A stretch of 64,000 nt of DNA, from NCBI GenBank assembly GCA_023957235.1, contig JAMLHI010000007.1, positions 35,738-99,737 of the forward strand, written 5' to 3'. The DNA comes from Chitinophagales bacterium. GTDB taxonomy: Bacteria; Bacteroidota; Bacteroidia; Chitinophagales; JADIYW01. A program made the translations under genes and the position numbers. Positions 39,660-48,538 of the stretch are shown in pieces (the first letter of the stretch is position 1; each line of letters starts with the position of its first letter). The notes under the pieces are model-generated. The model saw only the letters and a program-made list of their open reading frames with translations. It made no database searches and had not been told where the DNA came from.

Positions 39660-40649
39660 ATGATTATGCAGCTAGTTGAATGTGTTCCCAACTTTTCTGA
39701 AGGGAAAAATATGGATATTATCCAATCTATTGCTCGGGCAATAGAAGATGTTCCTAACGTATGGTTGCTACATACTGACATAGGTGAGGATGCTAATCGG
39801 ACTGTTTTTACTTTTGTTGGGGATATCAATACCATTGGAATTGCAATTATTAATTCGATTAAAGTAGCTCAAAACTTAATAGATATGCGTGTTCATCACG
39901 GTGAACATCCTCGCATGGGAGCTTGTGATGTATGTCCTTTGATACCGCTGAATGATACTCCTGTTATTGAAGTGATTAATCTTTCTCATCGCATAGCCCA
40001 AAGACTAGGTGAAGAAGGCATACCAGTATATATGTATGAAAAATCAGCATCAAGCCAAGAGCGGCAAAATTTATCATTCCATAGAAAAGGAGAATATGAA
40101 GGACTTAAGGCAAAGCTTAAATCTGGCACTCATCTTCCAGATTATGGTCCCATTGAATTCAATGAAAAGTTTGGCGCAATGGTTTTGGGTGTGAGAGATT
40201 TTTTAATTGCATATAATGTTAATTTAGAAACAAAAGATATTTCGATTGCAAAAAAAATAGCTTCAACTATTCGTGAAAGTGGTTATTTGAATACAGTCGG
40301 AATTCGCATAAAAGGTTTGCTTAAAGGAGTAAAAGCAATAGGGTGGTGGATGGAGGCTTATCAATGTGCTCAGGTGTCCACAAATATTGTAGATATTTCA
40401 ATTGTAAATATCAAGCAGGTTTTTGATGCGGTGAAGAGTGAAGCCAATAAATATCAAGTAGAAGTATATCGCTCAGAATTAATTGGACTTGTTCCAGAAA
40501 TAATTATTTTGGATATAGCCAAAGAGCTTTTACCTCAGGAAACAGAAAAATCTAAATTATATCAATCAGTTTTTGATTATCTAGGTTTAAGTGATATAGA
40601 TGAGAATAGAATCTTAGAAGTGTTACTTAGCAAAAAACTAATGCTTTAA
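39660..40649 (+). CDS. ftcD: Glutamate formimidoyltransferase
   Basis: ECVPNFSEG, NRTVFT, HPRMGACDVCP and SELIGLVP motifs; lacks the cyclodeaminase domain. Confidence 0.9.
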   Translation: MIMQLVECVPNFSEGKNMDIIQSIARAIEDVPNVWLLHTDIGEDANRTVFTFVGDINTIGIAIINSIKVAQNLIDMRVHHGEHPRMGACDVCPLIPLNDTPVIEVINLSHRIAQRLGEEGIPVYMYEKSASSQERQNLSFHRKGEYEGLKAKLKSGTHLPDYGPIEFNEKFGAMVLGVRDFLIAYNVNLETKDISIAKKIASTIRESGYLNTVGIRIKGLLKGVKAIGWWMEAYQCAQVSTNIVDISIVNIKQVFDAVKSEANKYQVEVYRSELIGLVPEIIILDIAKELLPQETEKSKLYQSVFDYLGLSDIDENRILEVLLSKKLML

Positions 40650-40747
40650 TTTTGAATTACATACAAATTGATGTTCCAATGTTTGTCTATACAATTATTT
40701 AATTCAAATTTTATACTCTAGAAATTTCACAGTAAAAATTATTGTAT

Positions 40748-40778
40748 TACTTTTGTTCCCGAATGAACGTTCTATCGG
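40748..40778 (+). promoter_or_regulatory. Bacteroidota -7 promoter element plus palindromic operator overlapping the tetR start codon
   Basis: TACTTTTG at 40748-40755; CCGAATGAACGTTCTATCGG at 40759-40778 is near-palindromic and contains the ATG at 40763. Confidence 0.65.
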
Positions 40779-41344
40779 AAGTTAATAATAAAAAGATTGA
40801 GACATTATTTCTCACCACTTTGGATTTAGTAGCGAACTATGGTTTTCATGGGACTTCTATGTCTATGATTTCCAAAGAATCAGGCATTGCTATTGGTACA
40901 ATATATCATTATTTCAAGTCTAAAGATGAATTGATATCTAGCGTTTTAAATTATGCCAAGAAAAAAGGAATGGAGGCCAGTTTTGGTATGGACGATAGCC
41001 AGAAGGACTATTATTCTAGATTTAAGTTGATATGGACTCATTTATATGAACATCTGATTGCTCATCCAGAAATGATGAGTTTCATCAATCAATTTTATTC
41101 TTCTCCTTATTGTCGCCAAATTGATGATGACACCTATTGTTTTCAAGGAGAATTGTCATTGTTTATAAAAGAAGCTGAAAGAGATAATATAATAAAAGAA
41201 AATATTCCTCACCATATCATTAGTTCAATATTTCTAGGTAGCGTTGTCAATAGTGCTAGAGATTGGATAAAAAATCACAATAAATTGGATGAGATTGGAA
41301 TAAAGGCATTGATAGATATCATCTGGGAAGGAATCAAAAAATAA
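40763..41344 (+). CDS. TetR/AcrR family transcriptional regulator
   Basis: GFHGTSMSMISKESGIAIGTIYHYFKSKDEL helix-turn-helix. Confidence 0.93.
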   Translation: MNVLSEVNNKKIETLFLTTLDLVANYGFHGTSMSMISKESGIAIGTIYHYFKSKDELISSVLNYAKKKGMEASFGMDDSQKDYYSRFKLIWTHLYEHLIAHPEMMSFINQFYSSPYCRQIDDDTYCFQGELSLFIKEAERDNIIKENIPHHIISSIFLGSVVNSARDWIKNHNKLDEIGIKALIDIIWEGIKK

Positions 41345-42679
41345 ATGTTAGCAACAAAAATGAATTTTAAAAATTATCTTTTAGGACTGATAAGTATATC
41401 TTGTCTGAATGTACAAGCTCAAGAAGTTTTTCCTGAAAATGCAAGTTTGCAACAATGTATAGATTATGCACTAAAGAATCAGGCAAGTATTCATATAGCT
41501 GAAATTGATGAGCAAATAGCTGAGAAAGATATTGCCGCTTCATTGAGTGGATGGTTGCCTCAAGTGGGTATGGCTTCCAATTATAATCACAATCTCAAGA
41601 TTCCTTCTACCATAATTGGTAATCAAGTAATCCTGATGGGTATGAAAAATGTTTCCTCATTGTCTTTTCAAGCAGATCAACAAATCTTGAATCCACAATT
41701 GATTAAAGCGTCTAAATCAGCAAAGTATATCCGTGAATTGAATACTAAAGTTACCGAACAAAATAAAATCAATACGGTTGTTGAAGTCAGTAAGGCATAT
41801 TATGATATTTTGACCTCCAATGAACAGTTAGAAATTATTCAAGCAAATATTTTGAGAATTGAAAAGCAACTTTCTGATGCAACCTCTCGTTTTGAAGCTG
41901 GCTTGGTAGATCAGACAGATTATAAAAGAGCAAAAATTGCATTGAGCAATTCTAAAGCAGATTTGAAGAGAACAGAAGAAATGCTGAAATTCAAATATGT
42001 TTATTTGAAAGAATTAATAGGATTAGACGCTGCAAATGAAATTAGTTTATCTTTTGAACAAGAAGGGATAGATCAAGATATTTTGGAAAATACTCCTAGC
42101 GATTTGAATATTTCAAACAGAGTAGAGTATCAAATATTAGAAACGCAACAAAGGCTTCAACAATTGAGTACAAAATTTGCTAAAGTCAGCTATATGCCTT
42201 CAATGTCTGCATTTATCAATTATGGATTGGATTGGAGAGCGAATAAAATTGGTGATTTGTATAATATAACAACACCTAGGTCTGTATTTGGACTCAATTT
42301 TTCATTTAATATTTTTGATGGCAATAAAAAATTACAATATCTAAGAAAATCACAATTGCTAGAGTCACGTTTGGATTGGAGTGTAACCCAATTGAAAAAT
42401 CAAATCAATACTCAATATAAATTGGCTATCTCCGCTTATCAGGCAAATATCAATGATTGGACTACAGCAAAAGAAAATATGCAGATGTCGCAAGATGTCT
42501 ATGACATTATCAAATTGCAATATGACGCTGGAATTAAAAATTATCTTGAACTGATGACTGCCGATACAGATTTAAAAACTGCACAAATCAATTATCTAAG
42601 TGCATTATTTGCAGTGTTATCATCAAAACTTGATGTTCAAAAAGCTTTAGGTGAAATCAATATATCTACAAAACAATAA
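41345..42679 (+). CDS. TolC family outer membrane efflux protein
   Basis: Signal peptide, SLQQCIDYAL, WLPQV and duplicated OEP helices; sits in an RND operon. Confidence 0.9.
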   Translation: MLATKMNFKNYLLGLISISCLNVQAQEVFPENASLQQCIDYALKNQASIHIAEIDEQIAEKDIAASLSGWLPQVGMASNYNHNLKIPSTIIGNQVILMGMKNVSSLSFQADQQILNPQLIKASKSAKYIRELNTKVTEQNKINTVVEVSKAYYDILTSNEQLEIIQANILRIEKQLSDATSRFEAGLVDQTDYKRAKIALSNSKADLKRTEEMLKFKYVYLKELIGLDAANEISLSFEQEGIDQDILENTPSDLNISNRVEYQILETQQRLQQLSTKFAKVSYMPSMSAFINYGLDWRANKIGDLYNITTPRSVFGLNFSFNIFDGNKKLQYLRKSQLLESRLDWSVTQLKNQINTQYKLAISAYQANINDWTTAKENMQMSQDVYDIIKLQYDAGIKNYLELMTADTDLKTAQINYLSALFAVLSSKLDVQKALGEINISTKQ

Positions 42680-42692
42680 AATAATATCCTTC

Positions 42693-43808
42693 ATGAACCA
42701 AAATATTTTTTATTATTTACTTATCTTTTTAAGTGTTTTTACAGCTTGTAAATCTAAGGACAATTCAATTCCAGCACCTCAGGAAAGAATTATTCCTGTG
42801 AGTGTCGCAGAAGTGTCTGAAGAAATGGTTTCAAACATAGTCAATTATCCTGCAACAGTGGTGGCTTTGAACGAAACAGAGTTAAGAGCAGAAGTCAGTG
42901 GTTATATTACTGGCATATTTGTTACAGATGGTGCTCAAGTCAGCAAGGGACAAAAACTCTATGAAATTGACAGAATAAGATATCAAGCAGTACGTGATCA
43001 GGCAAAGGCAAATTTACAAATTGCACTAACAAATTTGGATAAAGTCAAAAAAGACTTGGACAGATATATTATGTTGGATGAAAAACAAGCAATAGCCAAA
43101 CAAATTGTTGATTATGCTCAGTTTGATTATAATAATGCAAAAGCTCAAGTAGATGGAGCAAAAGCCAATTTATTGAACGCTGAAACAAATTTATCTCGCT
43201 CTATTATCTATGCTCCTTTTTCTGGGACAATAGGAATCTCTCAAGTCAGAAATGGCGCTTTGGTTTCTGCAGGTGTTACACTATTAAATACTGTATCATC
43301 GACTCAACCCATAGCTGTTGATTTTATGGTGAGTGAAAAAGATATTCAGCAGTTTTTAGATTTTAAACAACAATCTAATATTCAGAGAGATTCTATTATT
43401 TCTTTAGGACTACCTAATGGTCAAGTATATAGTCATTTTGGAAAAATAATAACTATTGACAGGGCTGTAGATCAAAACACTGGAACAATTACTGTTAGAG
43501 CAGTTTTTGACAATTCTAAAGGTGAGTTGAGAGTAGGGATGAATGTAGATATTCGAATTTTAAACAAAATTACTACTCCAAAAATTGTTATTCCATACAA
43601 ATCCACTATGGAGCAATTGGGACAGACAATGGTTTATGTTGTATCAGATAGCAATACTGCACTGCCTTATATGGTCAAACTAGGCTTTAAAATTGGTGAT
43701 AAAGTGGTTGTGAATGAAGGATTATCAGTGGGTCAAAAGATAATTATTGATGGACTAATGAATCTTAGACCAAATGATAAGATTACTATCGACACCGCAT
43801 CAAAATAA
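42693..43808 (+). CDS. RND efflux periplasmic adaptor (MFP) lipoprotein
   Basis: Lipobox FTAC; RAEVSGYI, APFSGTIG and VDQNTGT motifs. Confidence 0.92.
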   Translation: MNQNIFYYLLIFLSVFTACKSKDNSIPAPQERIIPVSVAEVSEEMVSNIVNYPATVVALNETELRAEVSGYITGIFVTDGAQVSKGQKLYEIDRIRYQAVRDQAKANLQIALTNLDKVKKDLDRYIMLDEKQAIAKQIVDYAQFDYNNAKAQVDGAKANLLNAETNLSRSIIYAPFSGTIGISQVRNGALVSAGVTLLNTVSSTQPIAVDFMVSEKDIQQFLDFKQQSNIQRDSIISLGLPNGQVYSHFGKIITIDRAVDQNTGTITVRAVFDNSKGELRVGMNVDIRILNKITTPKIVIPYKSTMEQLGQTMVYVVSDSNTALPYMVKLGFKIGDKVVVNEGLSVGQKIIIDGLMNLRPNDKITIDTASK

Positions 43809-43837
43809 ACCTTGTTTTTTAGAAAGAATATAATTCA

Positions 43838-46800
43838 ATGATTTCAAATTTATTTATTAGACGCCCTATTACTTCCATTGTAATATCTATTATCATTATG
43901 ATAATTGGGGCTATTAGTATCAAAATATCTCCTATAAGTCAGTATCCTGATATTGCGCCACCTACTGTGACAGTGACTGCAAATTATACAGGTGCTGATG
44001 CTACAACCGTTGAACAGACTGTTACAACACTTATAGAAAGTCAGATAAACGGAACTCCCGGTATGACTTATATGACTTCCAACAGTACTTCTGATGGGCG
44101 TTCTTCAATAACTGTAACTTTTGATATTGGAACAGATATAGATGTAGCTACTTTAGATGTTCAGAACAGAGTGGGTATTGCAGAGCCATCGCTTCCTGAA
44201 GCAGTAAGGAGATTGGGTGTGACTACTCGTAAAGCCAATAGTGATGTATTGATGCTATTGGGGTTAAAATCTCCCAAAGGCACTTATGATCAAAATTTTT
44301 TATCTAATTATGTGAATTTATATGTTAGAGATGCTTTAATGCGTGTTAAGGGGGTAGGTGATGTGACAGCATTTGGACAACCTTTTAGTATGAGAGTGTG
44401 GTTGGATGCGGATAAGATGGCAAGGTTGAATATTAGCCCAGCAGAGGTCAATTCAGCGATAAGCGAACAAAATATCCGTATGCCTGGAGGTAGTGTAGGA
44501 GCAAGACCACAATTCAATACAACTACTTTTGAATATCCTTTATTGTTAGATGGAGATATTGATCAAGTAGAACAATTTAATAGTATAATTGTCAGATCAA
44601 ATTTTGACGGCTCTATTGTTTATCTAAAAGATGTTGCTAGAGTGGAATTAGGTCAGTTTTCTTATGCTACGTCCAATCGTGTGAATGGAGAAGTTGCCTC
44701 TATGATGATGGTCAATCAAATGCCTGGAGGTAATGCTGTGGAGACTGCTAAAGGAATTTATGCAGCATTAGAAGAGTTGAAAAAATCTTTTCCTGAAGAC
44801 GTAGATTATGTCGTTGCTTATGAAACGGTCTCTGTTGTAAAAGCATCTATCAATGAAGTAATTTATACATTGATTGAAGCTTTGTTGTTAGTTACTCTTG
44901 TTGTGTTTTTGTTTTTGCAGAGCTGGCGAGCAACATTAATACCATTATTGGCAATTCCTGTTTCTATTGTTGGAACATTTATTTTCTTTATTTTATTTGG
45001 TTTTTCAATCAACAACTTGACAATGCTAGCATTTGTTTTGGCAATTGGTATTGTTGTAGATGATGCTATTATTGTTGTTGAAGCTGTCCAGCATCATATC
45101 AGTTATAATAAAATGACAGCCAAAGCTGCCACCTACCGTGCCATGAAAGAAATTTCTGCACCAGTGATAGCAATTGCTTTAATTTTAGCAGCAGTATTTG
45201 TTCCAGTTGGGTTTATTCCCGGGATGGTCGGAAAACTATACCAGCAATTTGCGATTACAATTGCTGTTTCAGTATTAATATCAGCATTTGTTGCTCTTAC
45301 TTTGACACCAGCATTATGTTCTTTACTATTAGTGCCTGACCATATTGGTGCTGACAGTCGTGGTATCAATAAATTCTTTTATAAATTCAATACTTGGTTT
45401 GAAAAAACTACCAACAAATACGGTTCTGGTGTTGCATGGAGTATTAAAAAAGCTCCTCTGCTAATCATATTACTGATTTGTATGTATTTAGGTGCTGGAT
45501 GGATGTTTCAAAACAAATCTACTGGCTTTATTCCATCTGAAGATGGGGGGCAATTCTTGGTAGGTGTTACACTTCCTGAAGCTTCATCTGCTGAAAGAAC
45601 AAGTAAGGTGATTTATGATGTATCTCAATCACTTAGAGAAGAATTTCCAGAAATTAAGACGGTGACAGAAATTATTGGATTGAATATTTTGAACAGATCT
45701 TTTAAATCTAGTGGCGGAACTCTCTTTGTTCAACTCAGTAAATGGGAAGAAAGAGATAGAACTGCTGAAGAAATTGTCAATCTTATAAGAATCAAACTTG
45801 CCAATCATAAAGAAGCAAGTTTCTTAGCAGTGACACCTCCGGCTGTTCCAGGATTAGGAGGGACAGGTGGCTTCAATATGCAGTTAATAGATTTAAAATC
45901 TACAGATATCAGGGATTTTGAAGCAATTGCTGGTAAATTTATTGACGAACTCAGAAAAAGACCTGAAATTGGAATGGCTTATACTCTTTTCAATACTCGC
46001 ACACCCAACTATCAAATTGAGTTGAATAGAGAACAAGCTAAAAAAATGGGTGTATCTGTTAATTCTGTTTATGCAACACTATCAGCATATATGGGTAGTA
46101 GTTATGTGAATGATTTTACTAAATATGGAAGAAGCTTCAGAGTAGTTACCCAAGCGGACACTACTTATCGTATGGGGATTGATGATATTAACAAACTCTA
46201 TATCAAAAATAATATGGGGCAATCTATTCCTATGAGTTCTTTAGTGAGTTATAAGTTGGTACAGAACCCTTCAATTATAAACCACTTTAATATTTTTAGA
46301 TCTATTGATATTAGTGGTAGTTCTGCTCCTGGATATAGTACAGGTGATGCTATCAAAGCAATAGAAGAAGTTGCCACCCAGACACTTAATGAAGGCTATA
46401 CATACGAATTTTATGGTCTGACACTTCAAGAAAAACTTTCTGGAAATACGACTATCATGATATTTGCCTTGAGTTTGATGTTTGTATTCTTACTATTGGC
46501 AGCATTATATGAAAGTTGGTCTGTTCCCTTCTCAATTCTTTTGTCAGTGCCCATTGCAGTTTTTGGTGCGATAATGACTTTGACATTCCTTCCTAAAATT
46601 GATAATAATGTTTTTGCTCAGATTGGTTTAATCGCAATTATTGGATTAGCGGCTAAAAATGCCATTTTGATTGTTGAATTTGCCAAAGAGAGAGTAGATA
46701 TAGGAATGAATCTTTTAGATGCTACAATAGAAGCAGTCAAATTGCGACTGAGACCAATCATAATGACATCTCTTGCTTTTATTTTGGGAATTATTCCATT

Positions 46801-46999
46801 AATGAAATCTTCAGGTGCAGGTGCAATATCTAGGCAGACAATTGGTTGGACAGTATTTGGCGGTATGATGGTAGCCACTTTTGTTGGTATTTTTATAGTG
46901 CCGGTTTTGTATGTGCTAATCACCAAATTGGCTTATGGTAAAAAGAAACTTAAAGATTTAGAGGAAAATTATAATCCACAAAAACATGATGAATTATGA
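43838..46999 (+). CDS. RND efflux permease (HAE1, AcrB-like)
   Basis: FIRRP, QYPDIAPP, GIVVDDAIIVVE, KNAILIVEF and RLRPIIMTS motifs. Confidence 0.96.
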   Translation: MISNLFIRRPITSIVISIIIMIIGAISIKISPISQYPDIAPPTVTVTANYTGADATTVEQTVTTLIESQINGTPGMTYMTSNSTSDGRSSITVTFDIGTDIDVATLDVQNRVGIAEPSLPEAVRRLGVTTRKANSDVLMLLGLKSPKGTYDQNFLSNYVNLYVRDALMRVKGVGDVTAFGQPFSMRVWLDADKMARLNISPAEVNSAISEQNIRMPGGSVGARPQFNTTTFEYPLLLDGDIDQVEQFNSIIVRSNFDGSIVYLKDVARVELGQFSYATSNRVNGEVASMMMVNQMPGGNAVETAKGIYAALEELKKSFPEDVDYVVAYETVSVVKASINEVIYTLIEALLLVTLVVFLFLQSWRATLIPLLAIPVSIVGTFIFFILFGFSINNLTMLAFVLAIGIVVDDAIIVVEAVQHHISYNKMTAKAATYRAMKEISAPVIAIALILAAVFVPVGFIPGMVGKLYQQFAITIAVSVLISAFVALTLTPALCSLLLVPDHIGADSRGINKFFYKFNTWFEKTTNKYGSGVAWSIKKAPLLIILLICMYLGAGWMFQNKSTGFIPSEDGGQFLVGVTLPEASSAERTSKVIYDVSQSLREEFPEIKTVTEIIGLNILNRSFKSSGGTLFVQLSKWEERDRTAEEIVNLIRIKLANHKEASFLAVTPPAVPGLGGTGGFNMQLIDLKSTDIRDFEAIAGKFIDELRKRPEIGMAYTLFNTRTPNYQIELNREQAKKMGVSVNSVYATLSAYMGSSYVNDFTKYGRSFRVVTQADTTYRMGIDDINKLYIKNNMGQSIPMSSLVSYKLVQNPSIINHFNIFRSIDISGSSAPGYSTGDAIKAIEEVATQTLNEGYTYEFYGLTLQEKLSGNTTIMIFALSLMFVFLLLAALYESWSVPFSILLSVPIAVFGAIMTLTFLPKIDNNVFAQIGLIAIIGLAAKNAILIVEFAKERVDIGMNLLDATIEAVKLRLRPIIMTSLAFILGIIPLMKSSGAGAISRQTIGWTVFGGMMVATFVGIFIVPVLYVLITKLAYGKKKLKDLEENYNPQKHDEL

Positions 47000-47025
47000 T
47001 GTTTTGAAAAGCAAATAAAAATATT

Positions 47026-47056
47026 AGAGGCTATTTGTTATCAGATAGCCTCTTTT
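47026..47056. terminator. Intrinsic terminator after the RND operon
   Basis: AGAGGCTATTTG-ttat-CAGATAGCCTCT-TTT between convergent genes. Confidence 0.75.
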
Positions 47057-47060
47057 GATA

Positions 47061-47756
47061 TTACGAATGCCTGTTTTTTAATTCATTCATTAAATCTTCT
47101 AGATAATCTGTCTGTACTTCTTGAATTTCTAAAAGTTTTTTATTCTGGTGTACCAACAAATGGTCAATCTTTTCACTAAGTAATTTAATTTCTAATTCAG
47201 CTTTGAGATTAATCTTATAATCATGTTCTGCCCGTATTCTATCTTTTTGTTCTTGTCTATTTTGACTCATCATGATAATAGGAGCCTGAATTGCTGCTAA
47301 ACAAGAGAGTATTAAATTAAGTAAAATGAAAGGGTAGGGATCAAAAGGTTTTGTTGTCATCCACCATACATTGACAAGCATCCACAAAACTATAAAAAGA
47401 AAAAAGAAGATAATAAAAGTCCAACTTCCACCAAAACTAGCTACCGAATCAGCAACTCTCTGACCCAAAGAGAGTTCTTTCTCTAGCTCATCTTGGATGT
47501 TTTCAGAAAGGATACTGTTTTTTTGGATAGCGGTTAAGACATCTTTATCAATTGCTGCAATTTCTCCTTTTTCTTGTTCAATCAGGTAGGTGAGAAAATG
47601 CCTCCTATAATAATTTAATTCTGCAATAGAGATATAATCTTCTACAGAAATATCAGGGAATTCTCCTTTTATGAAATCAAAGATTGCAGCTCTGATATCT
47701 TTCACATGAACTTCTTCTCCTTTGTTTATCTCTACTTTTGAAACATAACTAATCAT
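47061..47756 (-). CDS. DUF1003 domain membrane protein
   Basis: FGGSWTFI and FDPYPFILLNL.LS..AAIQAPIIMMSQNR motifs. Confidence 0.92.
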   Translation of the reverse strand: MISYVSKVEINKGEEVHVKDIRAAIFDFIKGEFPDISVEDYISIAELNYYRRHFLTYLIEQEKGEIAAIDKDVLTAIQKNSILSENIQDELEKELSLGQRVADSVASFGGSWTFIIFFFLFIVLWMLVNVWWMTTKPFDPYPFILLNLILSCLAAIQAPIIMMSQNRQEQKDRIRAEHDYKINLKAELEIKLLSEKIDHLLVHQNKKLLEIQEVQTDYLEDLMNELKNRHS

Positions 47757-47879
47757 CTTTGCGTAATAATTTTGGCTTATTTATTCAAATTAAGAATAAA
47801 AACCAATACTTAAATAAAAAAATGAAATGAAAATGAAATCCCTTTAGTAATTACAACTAGTGATTTTCAAAAATTCTGA

Positions 47880-48218
47880 TTACAGTTGTTTGTTAAGATC
47901 TACTAAAAATAATTTGATGGCTTTTAGTTTTTCAAGTACATCCACATTAGATTCTAATTTTGCTGGTTCTGCCTCTTTCAGTTTTCTTCTGGCACCATCA
48001 AGAGTAAAACCTTTCTCTTTGACTAAATGATAGATTACTTTAAGATTGTCAATATCCTTTTTAGTAAACAAACGATTTCCTTTAGAACTTTTTCTAGGCT
48101 TCAATATCTCAAATTCAGTCTCCCAAAATCTGATAAGCGATTTTGACACTCCAAACATTTCAGCTACTTCTCCTATTGAATAGTATAACTTTTCTATTTC
48201 TCGTTCTTTATATGGCAA
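47880..48218 (-). CDS. MerR family transcriptional regulator
   Basis: KLYYSIGEVA, IRFWETEF, GNRLF and GFTLDGA motifs; likely TTG start at 48218 (MPYKEREIEK). Confidence 0.88.
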   Translation of the reverse strand: MPYKEREIEKLYYSIGEVAEMFGVSKSLIRFWETEFEILKPRKSSKGNRLFTKKDIDNLKVIYHLVKEKGFTLDGARRKLKEAEPAKLESNVDVLEKLKAIKLFLVDLNKQL

Positions 48219-48538
48219 AGTAAAAAGTTTATAATCCAGTGAATCAAATATATGAAGCACTAATATAAACAATTGATTTTAATTCATCCATATTATTTTT
48301 ATGAAGAAATAATTGAAAATCTCAAAAATTTATTCTATTGTTTATTTACATCAAAAAAATGATATTTATTATTCTTTCTGATGATTTGAAAAATCAACTA
48401 TTGAATAAATGTCTATTGTTTGCAATAATCGGTTTGTATTTATTTAGGTATCTAAGGAAATTCATTATTTTTGCATGTCAAAACACAAGAAAATGTATTT
48501 GATAATTTCTATCTTAAATAAAAACAATCCTATTCTCC

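Noticed and set aside
34634-47056. Shared AGAGGCT...AGCCTCT stems in two terminators as a possible MITE family
   Set aside because: Only 7 bp are shared, and both are fully explained as terminators between convergent genes.
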